Shown here piece after piece: positions 56,931 through 64,000 of a stretch of 64,000 nucleotides of DNA. Under the pieces are notes generated by a model. It did no database searches and was not told where the DNA came from. It saw only the letters and a list, made by a program, of their open reading frames with translations. Origin of the DNA: a virus. Lineage: Duplodnaviria > Caudoviricetes. A program made the translations under genes and the position numbers. The DNA is taken from IMG/VR virus record IMGVR_UViG_3300021090_000019, positions 1,368 to 65,367 of that record. One strand, 5' to 3'. How positions within the stretch are numbered: position 1 is the stretch's first letter; each line of letters starts with the position of its first letter.

Positions 56931-57503
56931 TCAAGGCAAGATCTCCTTGCCTTCAAGTAGTCCGGATCCGATATTATCGAAGGCGGTGATGAAACACTTG
57001 CTGTTTGCGAAGAGGCATCTTCCCCCCACCTTTGCCGGTGTCAGCTCGACCCTATGAGTTTCGAATTCGTTTCCGCCCCAGGGGCCCTGTGAGATAGACC
57101 CCCTCCAGTTCGGGCAGACAACGATAGTGGCTTTGGAGTAACGACGTGCCTTCATTAAAGCCTTTTGCCATTCGCCTTCCCGAAAGTGTTCGAGAATGTC
57201 TCCCATGAAAGCAAGATCGTAGGTTAGTTGGAAGATCACTTCTTCGGAGAGCCAATTCGCCACGTGGACGACGTTATAGACGAAGTCGTGGACCGGGCTA
57301 AGGTATCGGCGTTCGACCTCTACCCCATCGATGACCACCTGCCAGGTCTTACGCGCGAAACGGCCGTAATTCAAATCGAGGAGTTCCCGAAAGAGGAAGC
57401 CGTATCGGCCGTTGCCTGGACCTATATCAAGGATCGACATCGGCCCAAGTTTCTCAACGAGCTTCAGAACCCTCGAAATGGTGATCGGATCGGAAGAAGG
57501 CAT
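56931..57503 (-). CDS. Class I SAM-dependent methyltransferase
   Basis: ILDIGPG.G.YG, D.LEH. Confidence 0.85.
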   Translation of the reverse strand: MPSSDPITISRVLKLVEKLGPMSILDIGPGNGRYGFLFRELLDLNYGRFARKTWQVVIDGVEVERRYLSPVHDFVYNVVHVANWLSEEVIFQLTYDLAFMGDILEHFREGEWQKALMKARRYSKATIVVCPNWRGSISQGPWGGNEFETHRVELTPAKVGGRCLFANSKCFITAFDNIGSGLLEGKEILP

Positions 57504-57637
57504 TATTTATCCAGCCACATCAGGATGCCACCGACAACCATGATTATTCCACCTACGGTCGCACCTGCACTAATACTCAGCAACGGACTTGCCATGATGA
57601 TCGTCAGCCCTGTCCACAGTAATTTTATTCCTACCAT
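57503..57637 (-). CDS. Small two-TM protein
   Basis: 44 aa, hydrophobic; SD AGGAGG. Confidence 0.5.
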   Translation of the reverse strand: MVGIKLLWTGLTIIMASPLLSISAGATVGGIIMVVGGILMWLDK

Positions 57638-57646
57638 ATTATCCTC

Positions 57647-58333
57647 CTACTTTTTCCCATCCTTCCAGTATCCAAACCCGGAGTTGACCTTCTCCCAGGC
57701 CCTACGGAGGTCCCGCGAATTGTAAGGACTTACGAGGACTTTGGCGATATGCTTCACGATGATGCTCTGATCGACCGTGACCTTGATCCCCGCCTTCGAA
57801 AGCAGCCACATGAAATAGAAGTCATCCGGACAGTATCTTCTGCACCCTTCCGAATCATAGATGTCCTTGAAATAAGGCGTCGGAAGTTTGTCCAGTATCT
57901 TCGGATCGACCATCAACGCGCCCGTACCCGTACAATCGACTTCGAAAATCTTCTTGTCGGGCGGCGGTTGAACCGCTGTAAACTTCGGGGTGATGATCCC
58001 ATCGATCTCTTCTTCGCCCTCGAACTTATAGGTACAAAACTCAAATGGGGCATAGCGCGACACGTTGATGGCTGAAACAACCGGCTCGTCGTGGGCGAGC
58101 ATCATTTCAAGATACTCCGGAGGATAGACCTGATCTGTGTCCATCCAGAGGATGCGGTCGAAATTGTATTTGGCCTCATTGATCGAGACGTTGTGCCGCT
58201 CGGAGGCGGTGAACTGCTTAAGCTTACCGAACTTTACCTGCCATCCCTGTGGAATTTTCCATGTCCCGTACTGGTCTTCCCACTCGGACTCAACCCATTC
58301 CCGCGATTTCGAAACCCCAACCAATGCCTTCAC
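57647..58333 (-). CDS. GT-A fold (GT2-like) glycosyltransferase
   Basis: ILWMDTD, GTGALM, PYF, DDFYF, VD.SI..KH. Confidence 0.85.
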   Translation of the reverse strand: MKALVGVSKSREWVESEWEDQYGTWKIPQGWQVKFGKLKQFTASERHNVSINEAKYNFDRILWMDTDQVYPPEYLEMMLAHDEPVVSAINVSRYAPFEFCTYKFEGEEEIDGIITPKFTAVQPPPDKKIFEVDCTGTGALMVDPKILDKLPTPYFKDIYDSEGCRRYCPDDFYFMWLLSKAGIKVTVDQSIIVKHIAKVLVSPYNSRDLRRAWEKVNSGFGYWKDGKK

Positions 58334-58348
58334 GCACCCTCCTCTGTT

Positions 58349-58927
58349 TCAATCGAGATATTCGTGTAGACCAATATAAAAGTCTAACGTTCCAGTGTTC
58401 TGCCCCGGACAAAAACAGCGGGCCCAAAGCTTTGTACGAACGCTATGCCTGTCGGTTTGGACCTGCTGCGCCATACGTTCGGCGACCTGACCCGTACCGA
58501 CTGAACAATAAACAAACTCAGTGTATTCGTCATCCGCGAGGGCTATGGCGGGAGAATCACCATGAGCAAATTGGATCAGGTATGGGACGTTTCTCTCTGA
58601 ATCTGAGATGTGGATAAGATGGGGATCATAGAAAAGTGCATTCGATGATATCGGGGTATCCGAACTTCCAAGGATCTGAACCCAGGCACCCCAGGTATCG
58701 TTACCTGCATCGATCTGGAACGCTGATGCATGTCCGGGGGAAAAACGATCGGCACGATGAGTTTCGCCTACGGGGATGGCAGCGAGCGCCAACCACCTCG
58801 CATGGTGATGGAGATGGTGTTCAGTAATGTGGACTTTTTCGGTCGCTGTAACCGAGATACCACTCACTTTATTCGAACCTCCACTGAAAGGAGTCATCAA
58901 TTTCGAGGACTCCAAGATGCTTAACAA
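58349..58927 (-). CDS. Hypothetical (structural?) protein
   Basis: E.HLH...RW, WGAWVQILGS.DTP, GLHEY; start uncertain. Confidence 0.55.
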   Translation of the reverse strand: MLSILESSKLMTPFSGGSNKVSGISVTATEKVHITEHHLHHHARWLALAAIPVGETHRADRFSPGHASAFQIDAGNDTWGAWVQILGSSDTPISSNALFYDPHLIHISDSERNVPYLIQFAHGDSPAIALADDEYTEFVYCSVGTGQVAERMAQQVQTDRHSVRTKLWARCFCPGQNTGTLDFYIGLHEYLD

Positions 58928-59576
58928 TGATCTGCGTATCCACCCAGATCTGATTCCCCTGGTTATTCAACCTCTGGACAAATGCCACGTCCTGCATGAC
59001 TTTCACGTCATTCGTTCCGGGGGCACATTCATCGCCAAACCACGGTCTGCTCAGGCCGTTTAAGATGTCAGCCTCGAAAAGCATCGCGCCGGTCCCGATG
59101 ATCTCGCCTTTTACGATCGGACCAGATTCCCTTGTGATAGGGATAAGTTCCTGGGTATCAGGATCGATCATCATCCCGATGGGCTGAAAGGGTCTGGTTC
59201 CCTGCCCGGGTCTATGGCCACGGATAGGAACGAGGCAATTAATAACCTGCTTTCGATTCATCCAGTCATTGAGGTCATTGACCTCCATCCATTTGACCAT
59301 TCGGCGGACCATATCAGCTTCAGGATAGACCTCGTCCCCACCGATGATCAAAATGTGAGAGGCCCCCCACTGGAGGGCCTTCTCGCATCCTATTTCGTGT
59401 CGCCGGGCTGGAGTCCTTCCGGTTCCAAAGAAAAGTTTGTGGTCCTTGTTTTTGGTTCCGGGAAGATCCAGCTCTTCGTAAGTCTCCCAGGTCCGACGCC
59501 AAATCATATCGGTCCCCCAGGGGATGACGATGGCGAGCTTGATGGTTTCCCAATTAACGATCTGTGGAACGAACAC
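58869..59576 (-). CDS. GT-A fold (GT2-like) glycosyltransferase
   Basis: ILIIGGDEVY, GTGAML, PWF, QDV.F, VDT.I..KH. Confidence 0.8.
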   Translation of the reverse strand: MFVPQIVNWETIKLAIVIPWGTDMIWRRTWETYEELDLPGTKNKDHKLFFGTGRTPARRHEIGCEKALQWGASHILIIGGDEVYPEADMVRRMVKWMEVNDLNDWMNRKQVINCLVPIRGHRPGQGTRPFQPIGMMIDPDTQELIPITRESGPIVKGEIIGTGAMLFEADILNGLSRPWFGDECAPGTNDVKVMQDVAFVQRLNNQGNQIWVDTQIIVKHLGVLEIDDSFQWRFE

Positions 59577-59586
59577 AGGCGCTCCG

Positions 59587-60516
59587 TTACGTGGTTGTAG
59601 TAACCACGCCGATCTTATTCACGGCGGCGATATTGTAAGTCTCAATGATGTGCTGAAAGGTCGGAGTAAATATCGCGCCGACGGACGTATTACTCGAAGG
59701 GGAAATCCCCCGACAATCGATTGTGAACTGGAGACCGGATGCGGCGGCAGACCTCGTTCTGGTGGCGATGCCACGGCAGATAAAAAGGGCTTTCTCGACG
59801 GTAAGTCTCCCCGTCAATTTTCCACCTTCAACACAGGCTCTCCACCGCTCTGCTTTTTTTGCCCCAACGTCCATGAACCTACCTCCGATGATCTGGGTGT
59901 CAGTTCCACCGACATTGAGAACCGCAGTCTGGGGATGAATGCTTGCGTTGGTGGTGACGGTGTTGACGTATTCGCATTCGATCAGCCTGACAGCATCGCC
60001 ACTGAGAACGACGATCATGTGATACATATCATAGGCCATCTCGAAGCGACACCGGATGAATTCAACACAGTCAGCGGCGATCCTCAAAAGACGGGTCGCT
60101 GCCGTAACGGCCGAACCGGCGATGATCCGGGCATTGTAGATTTTGCAGTTGGCGGCTGCCATATTCAAACCGGGGATCGCAGCGTTGACCGTGAAGACGG
60201 GTCGGTTCAGACCGTTCCCGATGCAAACGATGGAGACGCCGGTTTTATTGCCCTGCCCGGCTGAAGTCATGGTTTCGGAATGCCCGGCAGCGACATAGAT
60301 CACATCGCCACGCGCACTCTCGCAAAGAGCAAGGGCGCCATTCGTCCCAAAGACCTTCGTCCTCGCTGAACCCCAGGACAGCCCATCCGCCCCGCCTGCA
60401 CCGTGGACGGAATCAACGTAATACTTGTTGCCAGATGTTGCTACCTGTGGAGCCCCCGGGCCGGAAATCAAGTCCACAAACAATTCGTGGACGTTGAGAT
60501 GTTCGAATCGAGCCAT
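59587..60516 (-). CDS. Beta-helix head fiber / decoration protein
   Basis: YYVDS..G, RGDVIYVAAGH.ET, G.G..RP.FT. Confidence 0.7.
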   Translation of the reverse strand: MARFEHLNVHELFVDLISGPGAPQVATSGNKYYVDSVHGAGGADGLSWGSARTKVFGTNGALALCESARGDVIYVAAGHSETMTSAGQGNKTGVSIVCIGNGLNRPVFTVNAAIPGLNMAAANCKIYNARIIAGSAVTAATRLLRIAADCVEFIRCRFEMAYDMYHMIVVLSGDAVRLIECEYVNTVTTNASIHPQTAVLNVGGTDTQIIGGRFMDVGAKKAERWRACVEGGKLTGRLTVEKALFICRGIATRTRSAAASGLQFTIDCRGISPSSNTSVGAIFTPTFQHIIETYNIAAVNKIGVVTTTT

Positions 60517-60589
60517 GGTATCCTCCTCATTGGAGCGGTACGGGGATCCGGAGACCCCCGCCCGATAGGTTATGGGTTACGGGTTACGC

Positions 60590-61054
60590 CTATTCGACCG
60601 CATACATGATGCAGGCGACGTAAACGTCGAAGACCGCCAGGTCGATGTCGGCGGCTACGCCGAAGGTGATGTCCAGGGTGTCGGTGGTGTTGTACGTCTT
60701 TCCACCGGTCAACATATTGGCATCGCTGATGAGGGTCATCTTCTGCGCCAGCGCGTTGATGGACATGGACGCGAGCCAGCCCGCGGCGGCATCGCCATCA
60801 CCGATCGTAATTGTAGCGGCGGCGCCCTCCGCCGTCGTCACGTTGACAAGAACGCTAAGGATGTGCGTTCCGGCGGGGATGTCCCAAAGCTGAAGGATAT
60901 CGCCCGCGCTTCCGTCGATCGTGGCAGCCAGAAGGGCTGCAACTTCCGCCATATCGACGTGAAATTTCAAAATCGCAAACCTTCCGGGCATATTGGAAGG
61001 CGGTACGTCTGCCTTAAACTGGTCCAGGGATGTTCCATCGTGGGTTGTTGCCAT
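60590..61054 (-). CDS. Capsid decoration/cement protein
   Basis: GD.LQ...IPAGT.I..V.V.V.TAEG; follows the capsid gene. Confidence 0.7.
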   Translation of the reverse strand: MATTHDGTSLDQFKADVPPSNMPGRFAILKFHVDMAEVAALLAATIDGSAGDILQLWDIPAGTHILSVLVNVTTAEGAAATITIGDGDAAAGWLASMSINALAQKMTLISDANMLTGGKTYNTTDTLDITFGVAADIDLAVFDVYVACIMYAVE

Positions 61055-61131
61055 AAGCATTTCCTCCTTTACTAAGAGATCTTGGGACGTCGACCATCGC
61101 TAAAAATGACGGATGCGGCCCGGGTCTGGGG

Positions 61132-62058
61132 TTATTTGCGGCAGTAGAACTCTCCGAGACCCTCAGTCTTGGTCACTTTGTACCCATAGATGTTCAGGCC
61201 CCTCACGATGTCCGCGAAGGTATCCTGAGATCTCAGGGTCTCAGTCTCCGTGATCTGAGATGCCCAACTCGTTCCCAGGGGATGCCCAAAGAGCGAGTAG
61301 TAGCAGGTCACGCCATCGACGGCCGTGAACAGAAGGTTTGAAGAGTAAAGGGTGAACCGGTCGATCATGCCAATCCGGCCATTCCGGAGGACGCTCTGGC
61401 CATCACCGGTAAGGGAGGCATCTTTGATGTCAGATTTCTTCAGGAGGCCTGCCATCCATGTCGGGATGACGACGAATCTGCCTGTCTCCGGAATGTTCTG
61501 CTCATCGAGAACGGATCCCATATCGATGATGTAATCGATGACGTTTACCTTCGTCACCTGGATCGGAGAGCCGCTGGTCCCCAGGTTGTAGCTCGCAGAT
61601 ACGACTCCAGCCGTGAGCCCACGATTCGAGGCATGACAGGTCCCGACGATCCCTGCGAGGACATCGGTATCGTGGGAGATTTTCATCTGCTCAGAGGCAT
61701 CCGTCGTCCACTTGTCCAAAAGGTTCAGGTCACTCTGGACATCCATCACATCGTCCAGCTCCACAGCCCAATATTTCCCTTTGTCGATCGTCATGGTCGT
61801 CGCCGGGGACTCGGGCCGTTCCCTCTGAAGACTCTGACCGACAACATAATCGCGGATGGTGATTGAGGCCAGGGTCCGGATGATGACGGTATCACCCATC
61901 TTCTTGATTTCTCCCTGGTAGTTGTTGTTCGTGATCGCGTTCAACACGGTCGCATCATAAAACTTCTCCAAGATCCGGCCTGACCAGATCTCGGGGATAA
62001 ACATGCTTGATCCGCCCGCTGTATAATCCGGGTGTCCTGCTACACGTGGGTACGACAT
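61132..62058 (-). CDS. Major capsid protein
   Basis: FIPEIWS...L..F, GEIK..GDTV.I, NG.IG.IDRF..Y.SN, F.D.VRGL..YG. Confidence 0.92.
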   Translation of the reverse strand: MSYPRVAGHPDYTAGGSSMFIPEIWSGRILEKFYDATVLNAITNNNYQGEIKKMGDTVIIRTLASITIRDYVVGQSLQRERPESPATTMTIDKGKYWAVELDDVMDVQSDLNLLDKWTTDASEQMKISHDTDVLAGIVGTCHASNRGLTAGVVSASYNLGTSGSPIQVTKVNVIDYIIDMGSVLDEQNIPETGRFVVIPTWMAGLLKKSDIKDASLTGDGQSVLRNGRIGMIDRFTLYSSNLLFTAVDGVTCYYSLFGHPLGTSWASQITETETLRSQDTFADIVRGLNIYGYKVTKTEGLGEFYCRK

Positions 62059-62075
62059 AGTTTTCTCCTCCTGCC

Positions 62076-63182
62076 CTATCCGACCGTCTTCTCCGTTACC
62101 GCCTTATCGATAAGAGTCCTGAGGCGCATGTATTCCTCTGATTTGCTCTTATATTTTCCCATGGCAGAATCCGTGTAGAACTGCCGGATAAAGTCTCTTG
62201 TGATTTTTGGGGTACTTGGATCCCCGATCCTGACGTGGGCCTCGATTCTTGGGGCCCCACCGCCGGATCTGGGTGCAGCAACTTCTTCGTCGTTCGGGGT
62301 GGGGGTCGGTGTGGGTGTGGGGGTCGGAGTAGGTGCCACTGTAACTCCGGATCCATTACCTCCGGCTCCACCGGTTTCCTTGAACGCCTTATAGATTTCC
62401 GCCGTTCTGTCCGCATCGAGACCTTGCGCGGCATTGGCGAGCAGTTGATAGAGGGGCAATCCGGTAAAGCGATCCAGGCTTTTGAGCCATTCGCTAAAAC
62501 CGGGGTCATTGACGGTTGTTCTCCATTCTGGGACGAGACCATCGAGGCGAGAGTAGAAAATCTCTGCATCGCTCTTGACGGCTCTCTTTTCGATGGCTTC
62601 CATCTTTGGACCGAACGATGCTACCAGGTCACGAATCTCCTTTTTGGCCGCTTCGACCTCCTGGCGGATAAGAAGAACCACTCCCGGGAGAACGTCCGGG
62701 AATTCCTTTTTCCACTGGGTTAGTTCCTTCTCCTGGTCCGCATTCAGGGTAGCAGGGGAGGACACGGTCTCGGTAGGATTCGGGGAGGGGGTCACGGGAT
62801 CGGAGAGCTTGATCTTCAACTCTGCGACCTCATGCATGGCCTGGGTCAATCGGTTAAGAAGATCCGTCGTTTCAGCCTTATACTTCCCATCGACGGTTTG
62901 ATATTTTTGTTTGAGTTCTCTGATTTCTCTTTCGTGTTCCTCACTCTTCTTCTGCCAATCAGTTGGGACAGCCGGAGGCTCAGGGGTGGGTGACGGCGTT
63001 GGAGTAGGACTCGCGGAGACAGGTTGGGACGCTGGAGTCACGGCAGGATCCCCAGGGGCCGGAGCCGCCGGAGCCGGTGTTCCCGTGGCGGAAGGACCGG
63101 GCAGGGCTGTGTCGCCATAAACCTGTGCGTGAATTCTCTTAGCTTCGTCTACCTTTTTCTGTGCCTGTGTCGGAAGTGCCAT
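62076..63182 (-). CDS. Capsid scaffolding protein
   Basis: Pro-rich, coiled coil; Y....GKY, VP.W...NDP.F..WL; upstream of MCP. Confidence 0.8.
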   Translation of the reverse strand: MALPTQAQKKVDEAKRIHAQVYGDTALPGPSATGTPAPAAPAPGDPAVTPASQPVSASPTPTPSPTPEPPAVPTDWQKKSEEHEREIRELKQKYQTVDGKYKAETTDLLNRLTQAMHEVAELKIKLSDPVTPSPNPTETVSSPATLNADQEKELTQWKKEFPDVLPGVVLLIRQEVEAAKKEIRDLVASFGPKMEAIEKRAVKSDAEIFYSRLDGLVPEWRTTVNDPGFSEWLKSLDRFTGLPLYQLLANAAQGLDADRTAEIYKAFKETGGAGGNGSGVTVAPTPTPTPTPTPTPNDEEVAAPRSGGGAPRIEAHVRIGDPSTPKITRDFIRQFYTDSAMGKYKSKSEEYMRLRTLIDKAVTEKTVG

Positions 63183-63198
63183 CTGATTCTCCTTTTGG

Positions 63199-63290
63199 GC
63201 GCCGACTTTACGGTCTGCCCTGCTTTATTTCTCAGCGCCGACTCACGGTCTGCTTCAGTGAACCAGTTGAAGCGCCGTCTCACGGTCTGC
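63199..63290 (-). repeat. Three copies of a 19-20-nt hairpin motif in the scaffold leader
   Basis: GCAGACCGTGAGACGGCGC, GCAGACCGTGAGTCGGCGC, GCAGACCGTAAAGTCGGCGC. Confidence 0.85.
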
Positions 63291-63303
63291 TGCTAAGATC
63301 CTC

Positions 63304-63346
63304 AAAATGAAAAAGCCCCGTCCGGTAGTGACACCGAATGGGGCTT
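63304..63346 (-). terminator. Intrinsic terminator
   Basis: AAGCCCC...GGGGCTT stem followed by TTTCATTTT. Confidence 0.65.
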
Positions 63347-63403
63347 CGACAAGCTTTAAATTAAAACCTACTCAAGCGTCGGAACCAACCACTGTCGAAC
63401 TAT

Positions 63404-63432
63404 GCTATACAGCAAACACAACCTATTGTCAA
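63404..63432 (-). promoter_or_regulatory. Sigma-70-type promoter
   Basis: TTGACA-17-TATAGC. Confidence 0.55.
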
Positions 63433-63623
63433 GAGATTTTCCTGAGCTGACCCCCTTTGTGCGAAAGCGAACGGAGTCTCGTCTTGAGACCTGTCTCCGT
63501 TTTTGCTATATCGCAGAGCGTCAACCCGGGCCCGATATGTATGGTCACTGAGCCGATGAATCCTTCATGGACGATCGCTGTCCTGAGAAGAAGTTGCATC
63601 AAGAGTTTTTCATCGTCATTCAT
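63429..63623 (-). CDS. Small hypothetical protein
   Basis: F.GSVTIHI..G; operon packing. Confidence 0.5.
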   Translation of the reverse strand: MNDDEKLLMQLLLRTAIVHEGFIGSVTIHIGPGLTLCDIAKTETGLKTRLRSLSHKGGQLRKIS

Positions 63624-63624
63624 G

Positions 63625-63930
63625 CTATATCACCGGCTTGGAGGGGCCGCCCATCTTCTGGCGATTCTGGACAACGATCAGTGCCTCTCTCGGGTTGTCG
63701 AGGTAAGCGGCCAGGTCGGAGAGGATGGCAGCCATCCCCTGCATGGCCCTCACTTCGTTGTCGGGAAGCCTGAAGTTGGTCGCCGCATAGTGCCCGTGGG
63801 CCTCGCATTCGTCCTTGATCCACTCCTTGAAAAGCTGCCAGTTTGGGCCAGCGGAGTTCTCCAGGTTCAACACGATCTGGAGGATCGATGCCTTATCCTT
63901 GCCGGTGGTCGGAAACGAGAACAATGCCAT
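63625..63930 (-). CDS. Small head-module protein
   Basis: SD GGAG before MALFS; R.MQG.A..L..L. Confidence 0.6.
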   Translation of the reverse strand: MALFSFPTTGKDKASILQIVLNLENSAGPNWQLFKEWIKDECEAHGHYAATNFRLPDNEVRAMQGMAAILSDLAAYLDNPREALIVVQNRQKMGGPSKPVI

Positions 63931-63940
63931 GGTTATGCTC

Positions 63941-64000
63941 CTATACTCCATATCGCGCGCGCGTGAGGTCGAAGTAGGATTTGATCTCGACGGCGGAGAG
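63941..64000 (-). CDS. C-terminus of a LamG-like protein (partial)
   Basis: LSAVEIKSYFDLTRARYGV* resembles LamG-domain C-termini. Confidence 0.5.
   Translation of the reverse strand, partial: LSAVEIKSYFDLTRARYGV

Noticed and set aside
63199-63290. Mini-CRISPR array
   Set aside because: Repeats of 19-20 nt and spacers of 16-18 nt are too short; no cas genes
63941-64000. Window closes into a complete circle through the portal gene
   Set aside because: The right end encodes a LamG-like C-terminus, not a portal continuation, so some sequence is probably missing
1-64000. Genome-wide stop-codon reassignment, DGR, retron or intron
   Set aside because: TAA, TAG and TGA all end well-packed genes; no RT or TR/VR pair seen; core genes are uninterrupted
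33100-64000. Numerous plus-strand ORFs over the structural region
   Set aside because: Antisense shadows of well-supported minus-strand genes

Overview
The whole window is a tailed dsDNA phage of podovirus type; no host genes are seen. It is probably most of one genome, cut inside the portal gene on the left and a LamG-like gene on the right. Minus strand 1-9.5 kb: portal, terminase and small or secreted accessory genes. 9.5-10.65 kb: non-coding divergent hub with a 28-bp dif-like (XerCD) site, a consensus sigma-54 promoter and three TGA-N7-TCA boxes. Plus strand 10.6-20.5 kb: early cluster (MoxR-like AAA, DUF3150, metallopeptidase-vWA, methyltransferase), with GC hairpins just before the SD sequences. 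Minus strand 20.5-23.1 kb: replication unit (leaderless Cro-like HTH, initiator, Tad1-like anti-defence sponge, RusA). Plus strand 23.2-33 kb: RNase H, exonuclease, RecT, DUF5131, Dam-type MTase. Minus strand 33-64 kb: lysis cassette, a ~3,087-codon polyvalent ejection protein frame (RelA/SpoT, ParB, zincin, ART domains) split by one in-frame TAA, tail genes, a glycosyltransferase/methyltransferase cassette, capsid and scaffold with a triple RNA motif in its leader. No integrase, CI, DNA polymerase, RT, tRNA or CRISPR array is seen. Best candidates for new biology: a phage that may use host XerCD/dif and host sigma-54 with its own stand-alone Fis-type HTH. All calls are from motif recognition by eye; no searches were run.
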